Virus record (IMG/VR): IMGVR_UViG_3300036760_000150
Location: 32,001-96,000 of that record
Source: a virus
Direction: 5' to 3' (one strand)
DNA: 64,000 bases
The notes beneath the pieces are model-generated. The model had not been told where the DNA came from and made no database searches. It saw only the letters and a list, made by a program, of their open reading frames with translations. Both the position numbers and the translations under genes were made by a program. Shown piece after piece: positions 9,174 to 20,700 of the stretch; position 1 is the first letter of the stretch; every line of letters starts with the position of its first letter.

Positions 9174-9422
9174 TCATGAATCATCCCTCTTCTTGATCTC
9201 GTAACCAGACGACAACAACCTTGATATGACAGCTGTAGCCCATGCCTGCTCTGGTGACATGTACTTCCTACCTCTTCCAGAAGGGTTGGACAATGCCACG
9301 TTGTTGTTCTCGATCGCATCAGATTTAAGTGTACCTTGAAGCCCCTTGTTCATCAAGTCTTCAACCACTTGTTTGATGCCTTCTATCTGATCATCTGTGA
9401 GAAACTTCTGTTTACGTGGCAT
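9174..9422 (-). CDS. hypothetical protein
   Basis: ORF in gene string. Confidence 0.55.
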   Translation of the reverse strand: MPRKQKFLTDDQIEGIKQVVEDLMNKGLQGTLKSDAIENNNVALSNPSGRGRKYMSPEQAWATAVISRLLSSGYEIKKRDDS

Positions 9423-9614
9423 CTATCTTTTCCTAAAGAAATTGAGAAGATCCATGAAGGTGCCGTTTCTGAACTCTATCAGATCAAACATACGCCATTG
9501 GCGTTTCTTGTTGACTCTTATCTGACCATCGTCGACAAATGACTTCCCAGCAGCAGTAAAATCAGACTGCTTGTTGACGTGGTCGCTCTTTCGCTGAGTC
9601 TTTCGCTGAGTCAT
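9423..9614 (-). CDS. hypothetical protein
   Basis: ORF in gene string. Confidence 0.5.
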   Translation of the reverse strand: MTQRKTQRKSDHVNKQSDFTAAGKSFVDDGQIRVNKKRQWRMFDLIEFRNGTFMDLLNFFRKR

Positions 9615-9617
9615 ATG

Positions 9618-9827
9618 TCAACCACAACAGTCTTCATCATCACATTCATCGTCCTTGTATAACTTATCTCTGATGATACCTTTTATGTCGTATAACTGAT
9701 GACACTCGAAATCATGTGGCCATCTACTGCCATGAGGCAACCAGGACTTATGAACTTTACCACCCATTAGACGTATGTTATCGTCCTCATACGAGGATGC
9801 ACCAGAGCTGTGAACGAACTCACGCAT
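9618..9827 (-). CDS. hypothetical protein
   Basis: ORF in gene string. Confidence 0.5.
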   Translation of the reverse strand: MREFVHSSGASSYEDDNIRLMGGKVHKSWLPHGSRWPHDFECHQLYDIKGIIRDKLYKDDECDDEDCCG

Positions 9828-9829
9828 CC

Positions 9830-10261
9830 TTAGAACTCAAGGCCAACAGACAGACCGAACGTCTTGTCTGTGTTGCCAAAGGCGCCTGCGAAGATGGGGC
9901 CAAGCACACGCCTCTCAACTGTGGCACCGTAAACAGGCCCCAGTATGCCCTGTGTTGTAGTGAGCTGTGTGCTTACCTTCCACTGAGGCTTCTCGTTGGA
10001 TACGATCTTAGAGGTATCTCTGCGAGATTCCTTATCTCTAGTCTCAGTACTTCTGTCCTCGATGATCGTCTCCTTCTCTTTGGTGCCGTCGGGCCTTGTG
10101 ACCTCCTTGATGACGGTGCGTACGTCGTGTTTCACAACCTCGACCTCCTTGACACGTTCCTCGATCTTAACTTCCACTCTAGCAGGTTGGAAGTACCTGC
10201 CGGTGGCATACCCCAAACCACTTACAACAAGTACGGCCACGATCCAATGTTTAGTCTCCAT
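9830..10261 (-). CDS. envelope protein, spanin-like
   Basis: N-terminal TM, charged extended middle, C-terminal amphipathic beta strands ending in Phe. Confidence 0.5.
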   Translation of the reverse strand: METKHWIVAVLVVSGLGYATGRYFQPARVEVKIEERVKEVEVVKHDVRTVIKEVTRPDGTKEKETIIEDRSTETRDKESRRDTSKIVSNEKPQWKVSTQLTTTQGILGPVYGATVERRVLGPIFAGAFGNTDKTFGLSVGLEF

Positions 10262-10466
10262 CCTTAACCTCCAGGAACTTCCTTATGTAACGCATGAAAA
10301 GTATAGCTTTGTCGTCAGCCAAGAAACGAGCGTGTCCTATGTCATCTATCGGTACTGGAAAGACGAGCCCGCTGTCAGACTCGTAGTACAGTCTGTTGTC
10401 TTGGTAGTAGACGAACTTAACTCGACCTTTGATATGTGGCTTCACGTCTGCAGTCATCTTGACCAT
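10251..10466 (-). CDS. hypothetical protein
   Basis: coupled ORF. Confidence 0.6.
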   Translation of the reverse strand: MVKMTADVKPHIKGRVKFVYYQDNRLYYESDSGLVFPVPIDDIGHARFLADDKAILFMRYIRKFLEVKDGD

Positions 10467-13060
10467 CCATTAAAAGCACCAGATTTAGCATCCTCTAACA
10501 CCTTGGCGTCGTTCTCCATAGACTTGATGAATGCATCGACATCCTCAGACTTCTTGACGTCGCTTGACTCATCAAGGTATCCGATCAGATGGCCTACTGG
10601 TCTGCATCTACTACCGAACTTATCGAACATGTTAGAGTCACCATGGGTTAGACCTGCACCGTAGTCTGTTCTTGTGTGTATAGTTTGGTGCGTTATGTTG
10701 TCTCGTGATTTTATCACAGTGAGATGCAGAATCTCAAGTCTCTTGTCGTTGTTTGAGCGGTTAAGCGAGAGCATGTTTGCTATGTTCTGGCCGATGCCGT
10801 AGGACTCAGAGATAGAGTCTATGTCCAGGTACATATCACCTTCTGATGCTGACCTGTTAGCCTTGTACCCCTCTCTGTTTGTCTGAGCTGCCACAAGGCA
10901 GTGGGTCTTGAGTTCGCTGGCCAGCATGTTGAACGCATCGTAGATGTACGCCAACTCAACGCGAGATGTAACCTGTTGCTTAGACAACACCCTACTCTTG
11001 AGCTTGGCAGGGTAGTCATCTATGATGAGGTCGTAACCCTTACCAGTCTTAAGGCGTAGCTCTGAGTCTCGTTTCCTGATCTCTGCTACGACGTCTTCCA
11101 CATACATCTCCAAAGCCTTAGAGTAGTGTATGTAAGTCATGTGATCTTCGATGTACTTGCTGACCTCGTCTAGTATCTTTGCTGTGCCACTTGCAGACAT
11201 GGTGAGCAACTCCCTCTTGTTCATACCCATCATAGAGGCGAGTATAGTGCGACGTATCGATGTAGGTTTACCTTCATGAGTGATTAGAAGTACCTTTTTC
11301 CCTTGATATATTGCATGCCTAGCTATGGTAAGCATCAACGTTGTGTTATGTGTGACTGTAAAATCTCCCAGCAAAAAGAGATGATCACCGCCTAATTCAA
11401 ATCCATAATATTTTCCTTTTCCAACAAAATCAACCGAGAAGCCGCATGTTAATGGATTTTTCTTAGCATCTGATTTGTTTCGCTTGCGCTTAATGCGTAG
11501 TGGTAAGCAAGATACTGCTCCAGCAATAGTTAGTCTAAAGTAATTACCGGTAAAACCTATGGATTTAATAGTTTTAATTACATTTTTCATCGTTACTTTG
11601 AACCCCAAACTTCTAGCTAAAAATGCCACATTGTCGGCCAATATCTTTGATTTTTGTACGAAGTCGATGATTCCATTTGATATATATCCATCTGTATCTA
11701 TTAAACCGGCTAGAAGTTGTAGCCTCTGTTCTGTTGAACCAGTCAGGTATTGATGTGGTATGTGCTTGTTGTTTATAAGACCAAGGCCTCTTAGGGCTGT
11801 AAGAAATGGGTTGCCATGATGATTGTTAGATATGGCATACATTTTTGCCCTGCCACTGTTAGTGTTATTATTAATTGTAACATGACATCCTATCTCATCA
11901 GCATACGACGAAATTGCCTCTACAACTTCATTGTCCATAGTTGTAAATCTTGCCGAGTCACTATTACCATCACCAAGCCATAAACCTAATATGTACGGTG
12001 GTATTTCCAACCTTTTTTCTTTAAAATCAATAGCAGTTCTCCACATTCTACTACATCGTTTGAAATCACTACATTTTTGTAGATACTCATTCAATGATAT
12101 GTTCAATATATCGCCTTTCTTACGATAACCATTATTGTAACCTGCCTTTAAGCTCAGTACATGTACATCGTTGCATATCCAACTGATGCCACCAGCATTG
12201 GGCGTTATTTTATATAATGGTCCATAGCCAATTGTTGTACCAAGTACCAATCTTGGTTTCGAGTCTGGCCCCATTAATTGATCGCCCACGACAACATCTT
12301 GTACATTTTTTACAGTACCATCAAACATTAGTACCGGAGTATCTTTTCCTAAGCATTTTCCAGTGTTAGTCGGGGCCAAGATGGCGGTTGCCTCCCCTTT
12401 GAACATGCCACCCTTTATTATCTTGTCTTTCTTACCGTCACGCTCGATCTCTACGATGTTCCCCCCAAGTGCTCCGTCTAGCACAGAGCTGCCTGTGGAG
12501 ATGGCATTCTCCATGTCCTTGGCCTCATCTGCAAGCCAAAGCTCTGGGTTGATGAACCTGATCACCATGGCGTCATCTTCAAATGTAGCCTTCTCTATCT
12601 CCTGCAGACGCTCTTTGGTCTTGACGTAAGCGTCGTCGAACCCCTTGACCTTGAACAGGTTAGCTGCCCCCTGGATAGACTCCTTGAACAAAGATATGCG
12701 GATGAATCCTGTGAGGTAACGTCTCAAAGTTTCTAGATTGAATTTATGAGTACTCATCAAGCAGTTGGCAACTGTTGTCAAGTACTTCTCACGCTCAGTT
12801 AATGTGTGTTCAAGGAAGAACGGCTCACCCATAAGCTCGTCGACCGACTGTATGTATCGATGATGATGATCGTAGAACTTACATAGCTGGTCAAACACGG
12901 TGGCGACCAACGGGTCATAGGTGAACCACCCTGGTTTGATCTGCTCTTGACATTTCAAGAAGAAGAGTGACTCTCGTAGACACCAGCCTACTATAGCTTC
13001 TTGCTGTGTCTGCGAGAATGGCAGCACTGATATGTGGTCTTGTGCGTTTAAGGTCTTCAA
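10454..13060 (-). CDS. dnaB: DnaB-like replicative helicase with intein
   Basis: Walker A APTNTGK|T split by intein; ITHE, IIDDY, AAQTNR, KSRD motifs. Confidence 0.92.
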   Translation of the reverse strand: MKTLNAQDHISVLPFSQTQQEAIVGWCLRESLFFLKCQEQIKPGWFTYDPLVATVFDQLCKFYDHHHRYIQSVDELMGEPFFLEHTLTEREKYLTTVANCLMSTHKFNLETLRRYLTGFIRISLFKESIQGAANLFKVKGFDDAYVKTKERLQEIEKATFEDDAMVIRFINPELWLADEAKDMENAISTGSSVLDGALGGNIVEIERDGKKDKIIKGGMFKGEATAILAPTNTGKCLGKDTPVLMFDGTVKNVQDVVVGDQLMGPDSKPRLVLGTTIGYGPLYKITPNAGGISWICNDVHVLSLKAGYNNGYRKKGDILNISLNEYLQKCSDFKRCSRMWRTAIDFKEKRLEIPPYILGLWLGDGNSDSARFTTMDNEVVEAISSYADEIGCHVTINNNTNSGRAKMYAISNNHHGNPFLTALRGLGLINNKHIPHQYLTGSTEQRLQLLAGLIDTDGYISNGIIDFVQKSKILADNVAFLARSLGFKVTMKNVIKTIKSIGFTGNYFRLTIAGAVSCLPLRIKRKRNKSDAKKNPLTCGFSVDFVGKGKYYGFELGGDHLFLLGDFTVTHNTTLMLTIARHAIYQGKKVLLITHEGKPTSIRRTILASMMGMNKRELLTMSASGTAKILDEVSKYIEDHMTYIHYSKALEMYVEDVVAEIRKRDSELRLKTGKGYDLIIDDYPAKLKSRVLSKQQVTSRVELAYIYDAFNMLASELKTHCLVAAQTNREGYKANRSASEGDMYLDIDSISESYGIGQNIANMLSLNRSNNDKRLEILHLTVIKSRDNITHQTIHTRTDYGAGLTHGDSNMFDKFGSRCRPVGHLIGYLDESSDVKKSEDVDAFIKSMENDAKVLEDAKSGAFNGWSR
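11345..12355 (-). mobile_element. intein with LAGLIDADG endonuclease (337 aa) in helicase P-loop
   Basis: CLGKDTPV...VTHN|T; GLWLGDG and LAGLIDTDG; AT-rich relative to exteins. Confidence 0.95.
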
Positions 13061-14052
13061 AGTCTTGTCCTGATGCTTGTCTTAGACTCCACGTGAACTA
13101 TCAACTCGTCACCTGTTATCAGCTGAGCCGACCTGAAGGCCACCTCACACTCCTCGTATGTGCAGTCTCCGAAGTCGTCTCTGTGTGATGGTATCTCTAC
13201 CATGAAACATCGCATAGATCTTCTCATAGGATCTACAGCAAGGTCTACCAACGATCTTACCTTGTCGTAAGCATCTCGGTCAAGTGCAAGGTACAAGTCT
13301 TTCACTCCAGTGTCTCGAAGAAGCTCGATCTGCCTCTTGCTCACCTCTTTGCCCATAGACGCTACGAAACCTCCAACGTTCTCGAACTTCAATGCAGAGA
13401 TCGGACCTTCAGCCAGCACGGCGTGGCCCGACCCAACTATGTTGTTGTGGAACATCAGCGTGTGCTCTTTCCAGTTACCAGGCATGTTGTACATCCTGTA
13501 CTGCTTATCGACCTTGTCTATCGCTCTGCCTTGCCATCCGTACAAGATGTTGTTCATAACGACCGGGAACACAACCCTTCTCATCATAGGTGAGTACAAA
13601 AAGCCGTACTTAATCATCATCTGACGAGTGACACCTCGTGACTCAAGGTACTTCGCTCCTTCTACTGCTTCTGGATCGTATATAGTGATGAAGTCAAGAG
13701 GTATGTCATCGCCGCTGGCAGGCTTGGCTGTGGATTCTTTGACCTTCTCGACATCAAACGACACTGGTATGTTATCTCCAGACTCTATCTTGGGCACCAC
13801 GTCGTAGATGGCTTCAGAGACCATGGATGTTGGTAGGCCGGATATGATGGAGAGTGCGTAAACTGGGTTACCACTCTTTGGGCAACGCTCAGAGTCACCT
13901 TTGAAACAGATCGTGCGACCTTCTGCTTTCTCTATGTAGAGTTTCTTCTTGCCGCCGCATGCTGGACAGTCGAATATGTAGCTGCGGTGGTTCTCACCCT
14001 GTGGTGATATGCCATGGTTGGATAAGAATATCGCGATAGACTGCTCTATCAT
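13057..14052 (-). CDS. DNA primase (Zn ribbon + TOPRIM)
   Basis: CPAC...CF...C, YLESRG, GWQGR, AEGP, LALDRD, DFGD. Confidence 0.9.
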   Translation of the reverse strand: MIEQSIAIFLSNHGISPQGENHRSYIFDCPACGGKKKLYIEKAEGRTICFKGDSERCPKSGNPVYALSIISGLPTSMVSEAIYDVVPKIESGDNIPVSFDVEKVKESTAKPASGDDIPLDFITIYDPEAVEGAKYLESRGVTRQMMIKYGFLYSPMMRRVVFPVVMNNILYGWQGRAIDKVDKQYRMYNMPGNWKEHTLMFHNNIVGSGHAVLAEGPISALKFENVGGFVASMGKEVSKRQIELLRDTGVKDLYLALDRDAYDKVRSLVDLAVDPMRRSMRCFMVEIPSHRDDFGDCTYEECEVAFRSAQLITGDELIVHVESKTSIRTRL

Positions 14053-15104
14053 GAGATATCATTTTCTTGGATCTTCTTTACAAGTGAAGCTTGAAGGTCT
14101 ATATCTTCCTTCAGTGCTACTGCGAAGTTCTCTACTCCTTGCCATTTTTTATCGTTGTATTTAACCCATGCGCCTGCCGTCTCGATTATCCCCATGTTTA
14201 CCGCAAGTGTGGCTATCTCTTTATGTGGGTTGATCAACCCATCAGTATAGGATAGATCAATCTCTACTGCTCTGTTTTGAGGGCCGTTTGATGCTTCTTC
14301 CATCTTAACTCGGATCGTATGGCCAGTTTGTATAGGTCTGCCAGATCCGTCCAGCTTGTCACTGTCAAATGTCTTTGAGTCCTTACCGTTAACTTTCTCA
14401 ACCAACATCCAGTTCTCGATGAAGTGTTTGATACCTTTACCACCAGGGACATTGTACTGGATGAACTTTTGCGTATTAGCGTTCATGTTATCTCGTATAT
14501 GTTGGCAAGCTATCAAACCGATGTTGTACTTACGAAGTACAGGTAAGATCTCCTTGAACCCCTTTGGAAGGTAGGCTGCTGCATCGCCCATCTGGTTATC
14601 GGTGGTCAACTCAGCGTTAGCTTCTTTTGGGTACTTGATGCCAGCCAATGAGTCTATTATTATCAACTTGATAGGGTTGCCTACCTCAGGGTCATCTGTC
14701 TTCCTAAGTTTCATCTCATCTTGCACCATGGCTTGGACGTCTTTTCCTATGAAATCAAAGATCTCCTCAGGTTTGTTGGTCATGTAGTACTGCATCCTGG
14801 TTGGGTCGATACCAAAAGCTTTTGCCCAATGCTCTTGAGACTCAGGCCTGAACTCTGTGTCGAACTTAAGGACGATCGCCTCAGGGTCTAACTGATGTAG
14901 ACGCCCGGCAAACGCAAGACTGACCAACGACTTACCAGACTTAGGAGGACCGTACAAGAGCATGGAGTGACCAGCCTTGAGGCCAGCTTTCTTGCCGAAC
15001 AGGTAGTTGATACCAGGGCTACTTGTCTGTAGTATGGTATCTTTCTGCACGAAGTTCTTGATGTGTCCGTCATGTTTGAGCAAACGTTTCATCAGGTCTG
15101 ACAT
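14049..15104 (-). CDS. recA: RecA/UvsX-like recombinase
   Basis: YGPPKSGKS, FDTE, IIIDSLA, PGGKG, GAW.KY. Confidence 0.9.
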   Translation of the reverse strand: MSDLMKRLLKHDGHIKNFVQKDTILQTSSPGINYLFGKKAGLKAGHSMLLYGPPKSGKSLVSLAFAGRLHQLDPEAIVLKFDTEFRPESQEHWAKAFGIDPTRMQYYMTNKPEEIFDFIGKDVQAMVQDEMKLRKTDDPEVGNPIKLIIIDSLAGIKYPKEANAELTTDNQMGDAAAYLPKGFKEILPVLRKYNIGLIACQHIRDNMNANTQKFIQYNVPGGKGIKHFIENWMLVEKVNGKDSKTFDSDKLDGSGRPIQTGHTIRVKMEEASNGPQNRAVEIDLSYTDGLINPHKEIATLAVNMGIIETAGAWVKYNDKKWQGVENFAVALKEDIDLQASLVKKIQENDIS

Positions 15105-15116
15105 CGTCTATTCTCC

Positions 15117-15641
15117 TTACTTGTAACCTACCGGTGGACGAATGTCAGGTATCCTGGATTGCACGTCACTGATCTTCTTGACACTCTGGTACGCCCACTC
15201 GAACGCCTCTAGTTTGTTATTCAACAACGTCAAACAGGCGTCAATGGCGTGAACTCGTTGTTGAGCATTCATGACATCAGGGTCTAAGGCGAGGATCGCC
15301 TCCCTGATGTCGACGGAAGACTTGCTGATTCGTTTCTCGGCCAGTATCCTCTCGACCTTGTCTAACAAGACGACAGCCTTTGCCTCGTTCAACGACATCT
15401 TAGCCTCGGCAAGTTCAAGTTGTATAGATGCTACCATCTTGCCAAGTTGGATGAAACCTAAGTTGAAATCCGTTACAAGGTCTGGCATACTTGCTGGGTT
15501 AGCTATTCTGATTTCCTCGATACGACGTTCTACCTTGTATATCATAGTCATGTTCAAAGAAATAGGCGCCAATCCTTGGCGCCCTCGGGGGATCAGGAGG
15601 TATGGGGTACCTCCGTTGTCGCTTGGGTTGTCCATGGTCAT
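15117..15641 (-). CDS. UvsY-like recombination mediator (putative)
   Basis: helical coiled-coil protein between SSB and recombinase. Confidence 0.45.
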   Translation of the reverse strand: MTMDNPSDNGGTPYLLIPRGRQGLAPISLNMTMIYKVERRIEEIRIANPASMPDLVTDFNLGFIQLGKMVASIQLELAEAKMSLNEAKAVVLLDKVERILAEKRISKSSVDIREAILALDPDVMNAQQRVHAIDACLTLLNNKLEAFEWAYQSVKKISDVQSRIPDIRPPVGYK

Positions 15642-16687
15642 CCTTTAAGAAAACTGTCGATTATCTCCTGAGAGGTTAGTAGCCTACTCTGAGGTGGTAC
15701 AGGTGTGGTAGGTGCCTGCGTTGTGGCAGCTGCTGGTGTAGTCGGAGCTGAAACTGTCGTGCTCTGCGTCGTAGTGGTGGTACTAGCAGTTGTCGCCGTT
15801 GCAGTAAGGCCAGTGGTTATACCAGCCATCTTCAAGGCTTCTGTGGTAGCAGCATCGATCGCTGAGTCATCATCTTCAGGACTATCTTCGACATCGTTGA
15901 CTGGGTTAGAGAACAGACGTTGTATGGTCGACTCGTCGCCTTTGGCTATCAATGCGATGTCTTCAAGAGAGAATGTCCTGAACAACATCGTGAGATCCTT
16001 AGCATCTTTCTCGATGCGACCAAGGTCATCGGCTGTTAGGTTGGATGTGATGTACTCCATCTTAGGAGTCCCCGTCTGACTGTCACGTGTGGTGATCGTA
16101 GCAGGGTCTACTGAGAATGTTGTGTCACGGTTCTTACCAGCCTTCCTGAAGTCAAGGAACAGACCGTTGGTGATACCGAAGGCGTTGTACCCGAACTCAT
16201 CTTTGAGCCTCTTGCGTGCAGCCTCAAGAGCAAGCCATTGTTTATGACCGATCTTCAAGACCTCTACAGTCTTCTCTCTCGTCATGACATTCATGTAGTA
16301 CTTCTTATCTGTGGACAAGTCTTTGAGTTTAGTCTCAAGAGCAAGGAGAGCGGCCTGGTGGCCAGGGCTGTTAGCGGCCCTCAAAGCTTCAACAGCGTTC
16401 TCCATAGCTTTCATCTTGTCACACATGGAGCATGCCTGAGTGATCACCTTCTTGCCGTTCTCAAACTTAGAAGCCTGTCCGCATGGAACCGGGATGTTCT
16501 TACCACTTTTAGACTTGGCAAATCCGTAGTGCACAACCCAGTACTGAGCTATCTTGTTCTGTTCAGCAAGTGATCCGAAAGGAGGTAGTACTCGGTACAC
16601 GTTACTTTGCTCTGGCTTCACGTAGTTGATCTTCGTCTTGATAAATTTTTGCCCTACTTTGTCTGGGTCGAAGTCTTTGAAACTCAC
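15638..16687 (-). CDS. gp32-like single-stranded DNA-binding protein
   Basis: YRVLPP, HYG..C..CSMC Zn site, KYYMNV, low-complexity tail. Confidence 0.75.
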   Translation of the reverse strand: MSFKDFDPDKVGQKFIKTKINYVKPEQSNVYRVLPPFGSLAEQNKIAQYWVVHYGFAKSKSGKNIPVPCGQASKFENGKKVITQACSMCDKMKAMENAVEALRAANSPGHQAALLALETKLKDLSTDKKYYMNVMTREKTVEVLKIGHKQWLALEAARKRLKDEFGYNAFGITNGLFLDFRKAGKNRDTTFSVDPATITTRDSQTGTPKMEYITSNLTADDLGRIEKDAKDLTMLFRTFSLEDIALIAKGDESTIQRLFSNPVNDVEDSPEDDDSAIDAATTEALKMAGITTGLTATATTASTTTTTQSTTVSAPTTPAAATTQAPTTPVPPQSRLLTSQEIIDSFLKG

Positions 16688-17448
16688 TGGTCACCTCTTT
16701 TGCTAAAAGCTTTCTTCAGATTTGTGTTCAACTCTTTGTCTGTAGTATCCTCTGTAACCAGGATCGCGTCAAGTCCAGAACCTTCTGTACCTATCAGTAC
16801 AGCAGTTCCGTTTAAACGTTCTCCAAGAGAGTACATCAAACCTTCCACGTTACTTTCAGGAACGTTGGTGACCAAGAAGTTGATCTTGTCGAACGCAGTG
16901 TTAGATCTGGCACCTTCAAACATCTCGTGTCTGAGTAAGATACTCTTGAGTTCGCCTTCGTATGTAGTCTCCATCCAGTCATTTAGTTTGTTAACTGCTG
17001 CGGCACGATCGACCACCTGGCCAAACTCTGTAGCAGAGACGGCCATAGACTCCATAGCTTGCACGTTAACCTTCTGTGCAAACAGATCTGTGATCAGGTT
17101 GTTGACCTGGTACTGGAAGTGTGTGTCGAACACGAACGGTTTAGAGTCATCTTTGAAGATGGTGTTTATGATCTGCTTCTCAAATGCGAGGAAGTCTAAG
17201 GTCACCACGTCTTTCATGGTAGCTAAGGCATCCAACTTCTTGGTGACGTCGTCTCTGACTATGATGACTCTGGAGTTCGACAAGATGGCCTCAACAAGTT
17301 GAGGTTCCATGATGTCCAGCCTCTGCTTGGCGCTGTTCTTGGCGCCTTGGGCAGTATAACGGACAGATGAAGATACTATCGCATCGATGTCGGTAGCTGC
17401 GATAGCCTTAAGTTGGTTGATATGTCCTCTTAGCTCTTCTATGTTCAT
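16684..17448 (-). CDS. hypothetical protein
   Basis: coupled ORF in replication block. Confidence 0.7.
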   Translation of the reverse strand: MNIEELRGHINQLKAIAATDIDAIVSSSVRYTAQGAKNSAKQRLDIMEPQLVEAILSNSRVIIVRDDVTKKLDALATMKDVVTLDFLAFEKQIINTIFKDDSKPFVFDTHFQYQVNNLITDLFAQKVNVQAMESMAVSATEFGQVVDRAAAVNKLNDWMETTYEGELKSILLRHEMFEGARSNTAFDKINFLVTNVPESNVEGLMYSLGERLNGTAVLIGTEGSGLDAILVTEDTTDKELNTNLKKAFSKRGDQ

Positions 17449-17762
17449 GCTGTCTCCTTGTTACTTTCATCGTCTGTTGTAGCGGGAGGTTTGATATCGT
17501 TGTCGCTGAGGGCGGCTTTATAGCCAGCCTCAAAGGCGTCACGAGGTGTACGTTCAGCCCAACGGCGCTTCTCTCCAAGGTAGTTGTCGAACGCACGGGC
17601 TACAGGACGCTGCATAGATGTTAGTTTAGCGTACTTGTCGTACTCATCAGCGCTTATCTTCTTCAGCGCCTTGTCAAACATCTCTTTGGCGACCTCGTTC
17701 ATGTTCTCTCGTTCAGCCTGAGCTTCTTCACTTGTGTATAAGTTACCGTTTCTCGTGTCCAT
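17445..17762 (-). CDS. hypothetical protein
   Basis: GAGGGAG SD. Confidence 0.65.
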   Translation of the reverse strand: MDTRNGNLYTSEEAQAERENMNEVAKEMFDKALKKISADEYDKYAKLTSMQRPVARAFDNYLGEKRRWAERTPRDAFEAGYKAALSDNDIKPPATTDDESNKETA

Positions 17763-17775
17763 CAGATCTCCCTCG

Positions 17776-20700
17776 TCAAGATATGCATATGACCTTCTTA
17801 GCTATAAGGTCACCGTCTTTCTTTTTCTGCAACACAAACAAGCATATACTACCTTTGATGTCTTTGTCAATGCCGTGGTGATCCTTCTTGTAGTCTGGGA
17901 ACTTCACGATGCCGTACACCTTAGGACCGATCTCTGCAGTTATCTTCATCATGGTCTTCTGTGTTGTGACAGACTTGTCTGAGGCAGACAGCCCGTTGTA
18001 CCTATGTTCCTTAGTTGTGTTTACATATCCAACTACAGCGAAGATATGTTTGTCTGTCCACCCACCACGATCTGACATGATAGACTGCTCTAGGAACCTG
18101 TGGTTGATGTATATCTTGCCGTCGATGTACCTATCTGAGTCTCTGTACTTGTAGAGTCCAGGCACTGTCCTGTCAGCCTCGATCAACTTCTCAGCAAGAA
18201 GTTTGTTGAGCGATAGGTTGTAGATGTCCTCGTTGTACACCTTGAACACGCTCTTCTTCATAAGGTATGCCTGGATGCTACTCATAGACAACAGCCAGCT
18301 TGGGGCCTCGTCTGGTGTCTTCTTACCTGCCAAAGCTGCCTTCTTGAACTCGTACTCTCTTATCTTATCGAAATGGTTAAAATTACTAGGGAACAATGAG
18401 TTCATAGCGTCCGCAAGTATGAGTTGATGCACGATGTCTTTTCGCATGATACGCCTGTCAACACGAGATAGGAAGTCGTCAAGGCTCTTGAACGGCCTCT
18501 TGGTCATCGCCTCGTTGACGCTGACCTCGCCTACGCCGTCGATCAGACCGAGTGGCGCTCTGACCTTCTCAACCCCATCGACGTTGACGATCTCAAAACG
18601 AGACCCAGATATGTTTATGTCAGGTAACAACACAAAGGACGACACATGAGGCCAGTACTTCTGTAGGTCTTCCTTGCTGGCGTTCGTCAAGACTGTGGTC
18701 CACCACTCAAGAGGGTAGTGCATCTTTAGGTACATACAGGCGTAGGCTACGTAGGCGTAGCTTGTAGCATGCGACTGGTTGAACGAGTAGCGAGCAGACG
18801 CCATGATCTGGTCGACCAACAGCTTGACCTGCCCCTCAGACCAGCCTTTGGCCAGACAACGTTGTTTTAGTATCTTAGTTGACTCGGCCAACACTTTGGC
18901 ATCTTTCTTACCGATACCACGTCGAACAGTCTCAGCCTCTTCGGCAGTGTACCCAGCTATGTCTTGGTAAATACGAATCGACTGCTCTTGGAACACGCAG
19001 GTTCCATACGTATCCTGTAGTATGGGCGCCATGTCAGGGTGTACATACTTTATCGGTTCACCTTTGGCTCTTGCCACATATACATCTGCAAGGGTTCGAC
19101 CGTCCATGTCAAGGGCATCCAACGTGCCTGGCCGAGCCAGAGCTGTGATGGCTGCCAGACCGTCTAAGTTTACAGGTTTGATCGACATCAGGAACGGTCG
19201 CACTACATCTGTGTCGAACTGGAACACAGTCTCAGTCTCACCGCGATGGAACAGCTTGTAAACTTCCTCTTCTTGTGGTAGGTTCCATGGGTCTATAGTT
19301 ACCCCTCTCCTGTTGTTTATCAGTCTCAGACAGCCTTGTATGTCACGCAGTGTGTTGAGACCAAGGAAGTCGTACTTGATCAAACCAGCCTTCTCTACTG
19401 ATTTAGGTGTGAAACCAGTGACCTTAACCGGCCCAACTTGTGTGATAGGTATGTAATCTTGAACAGGTTTATCTGCTATGACATAGCCACAATTATGAAC
19501 CAAAACACCATTGATCCTACCTGTAGAATATATTGGTTCGTTGAAATCATATACCTCCCGTAAACCTATGGAAAGTATTTTTTTATAAACAACAGGTTTA
19601 TAAAGTGGAGTTTTTCTGATATATTTTTTTGATCTATCTATAACAGATATTTGTTTCATTCTATTTTGTTTATAGTTTTGTATAAAAGAAATATGTTCAG
19701 AAAATTTAACAATCTCTTCTGGTGTACATATATTTAAACATATACTAGTTGTTGATTGATAATCTCCGTTGTTCCATTTTATAGATTTAGGTTGTTCAAT
19801 AGTACATCTAATTTTTATTCCAACAGCAGACAGCCATACAGCTATGTCGGATATAAGATCTAATTTAGATAATTTAATACCAACAACACGCCTAGTAGAT
19901 AATACAAAGCCGTTGGCACTCCATAGGCCAGACATAAATGAATCTTGAGCTTTTTTATTAAGTAACCAAAACCTACATGGTAATCTATTTTTAATAAAAC
20001 CCCAATTTTTAAGAAATGGCCATATACCAAAATGTACTTTATCAACACGATGGTCTTGCCAACTCTTACATAATATAGAATTACAAAAAGAGATAATTTT
20101 ATCTTTAGCTGCGTTATCTTTGTCTGGCGTAAAGCAAAGTGTAACTTGGCCGTTTTTATGTATCCATCCATCTCTTAAGAGCCATCCTACAGCGAATGCC
20201 TCATCATGGTTAACTACATCATCGCCATAATATTTATCTATCTGTTGATAATTAGCGAGCCTGTTAACCACATGTTGAGCTTCTACAGAAGAACCATCAG
20301 TCATCATATATCTATGATCTGGTGTGGTTACCACATTAACACCATTAGATAACACAACTCGTATGCAATCCTTAATCCCGGTTGACCATTTAGTGATCGG
20401 ATTTCCCTTTAAATTATCAGCCACACACAACATCTTAATACCATCGTTAGTTTCAACTAACATGTTAGCATCTATACAGGGATGCTGAGACTTCTGTCTG
20501 TTTATACCCAACATCTCCTGCGTCATCTCCCAGATCTTTGGTTTCTTCTGTATGTACTCTTTGAACTTCTCGTGGGTCTCTACCAACCCCTTGTGGTAGA
20601 CACCGTCGTCATCGGTGTGACCAAACACGAAGTCGTACTCAGGCAAGTTGTTTATGTTCTTGGGTATCATCTTGCAGATGGCCTCGGTCTCCTTGGAGAC

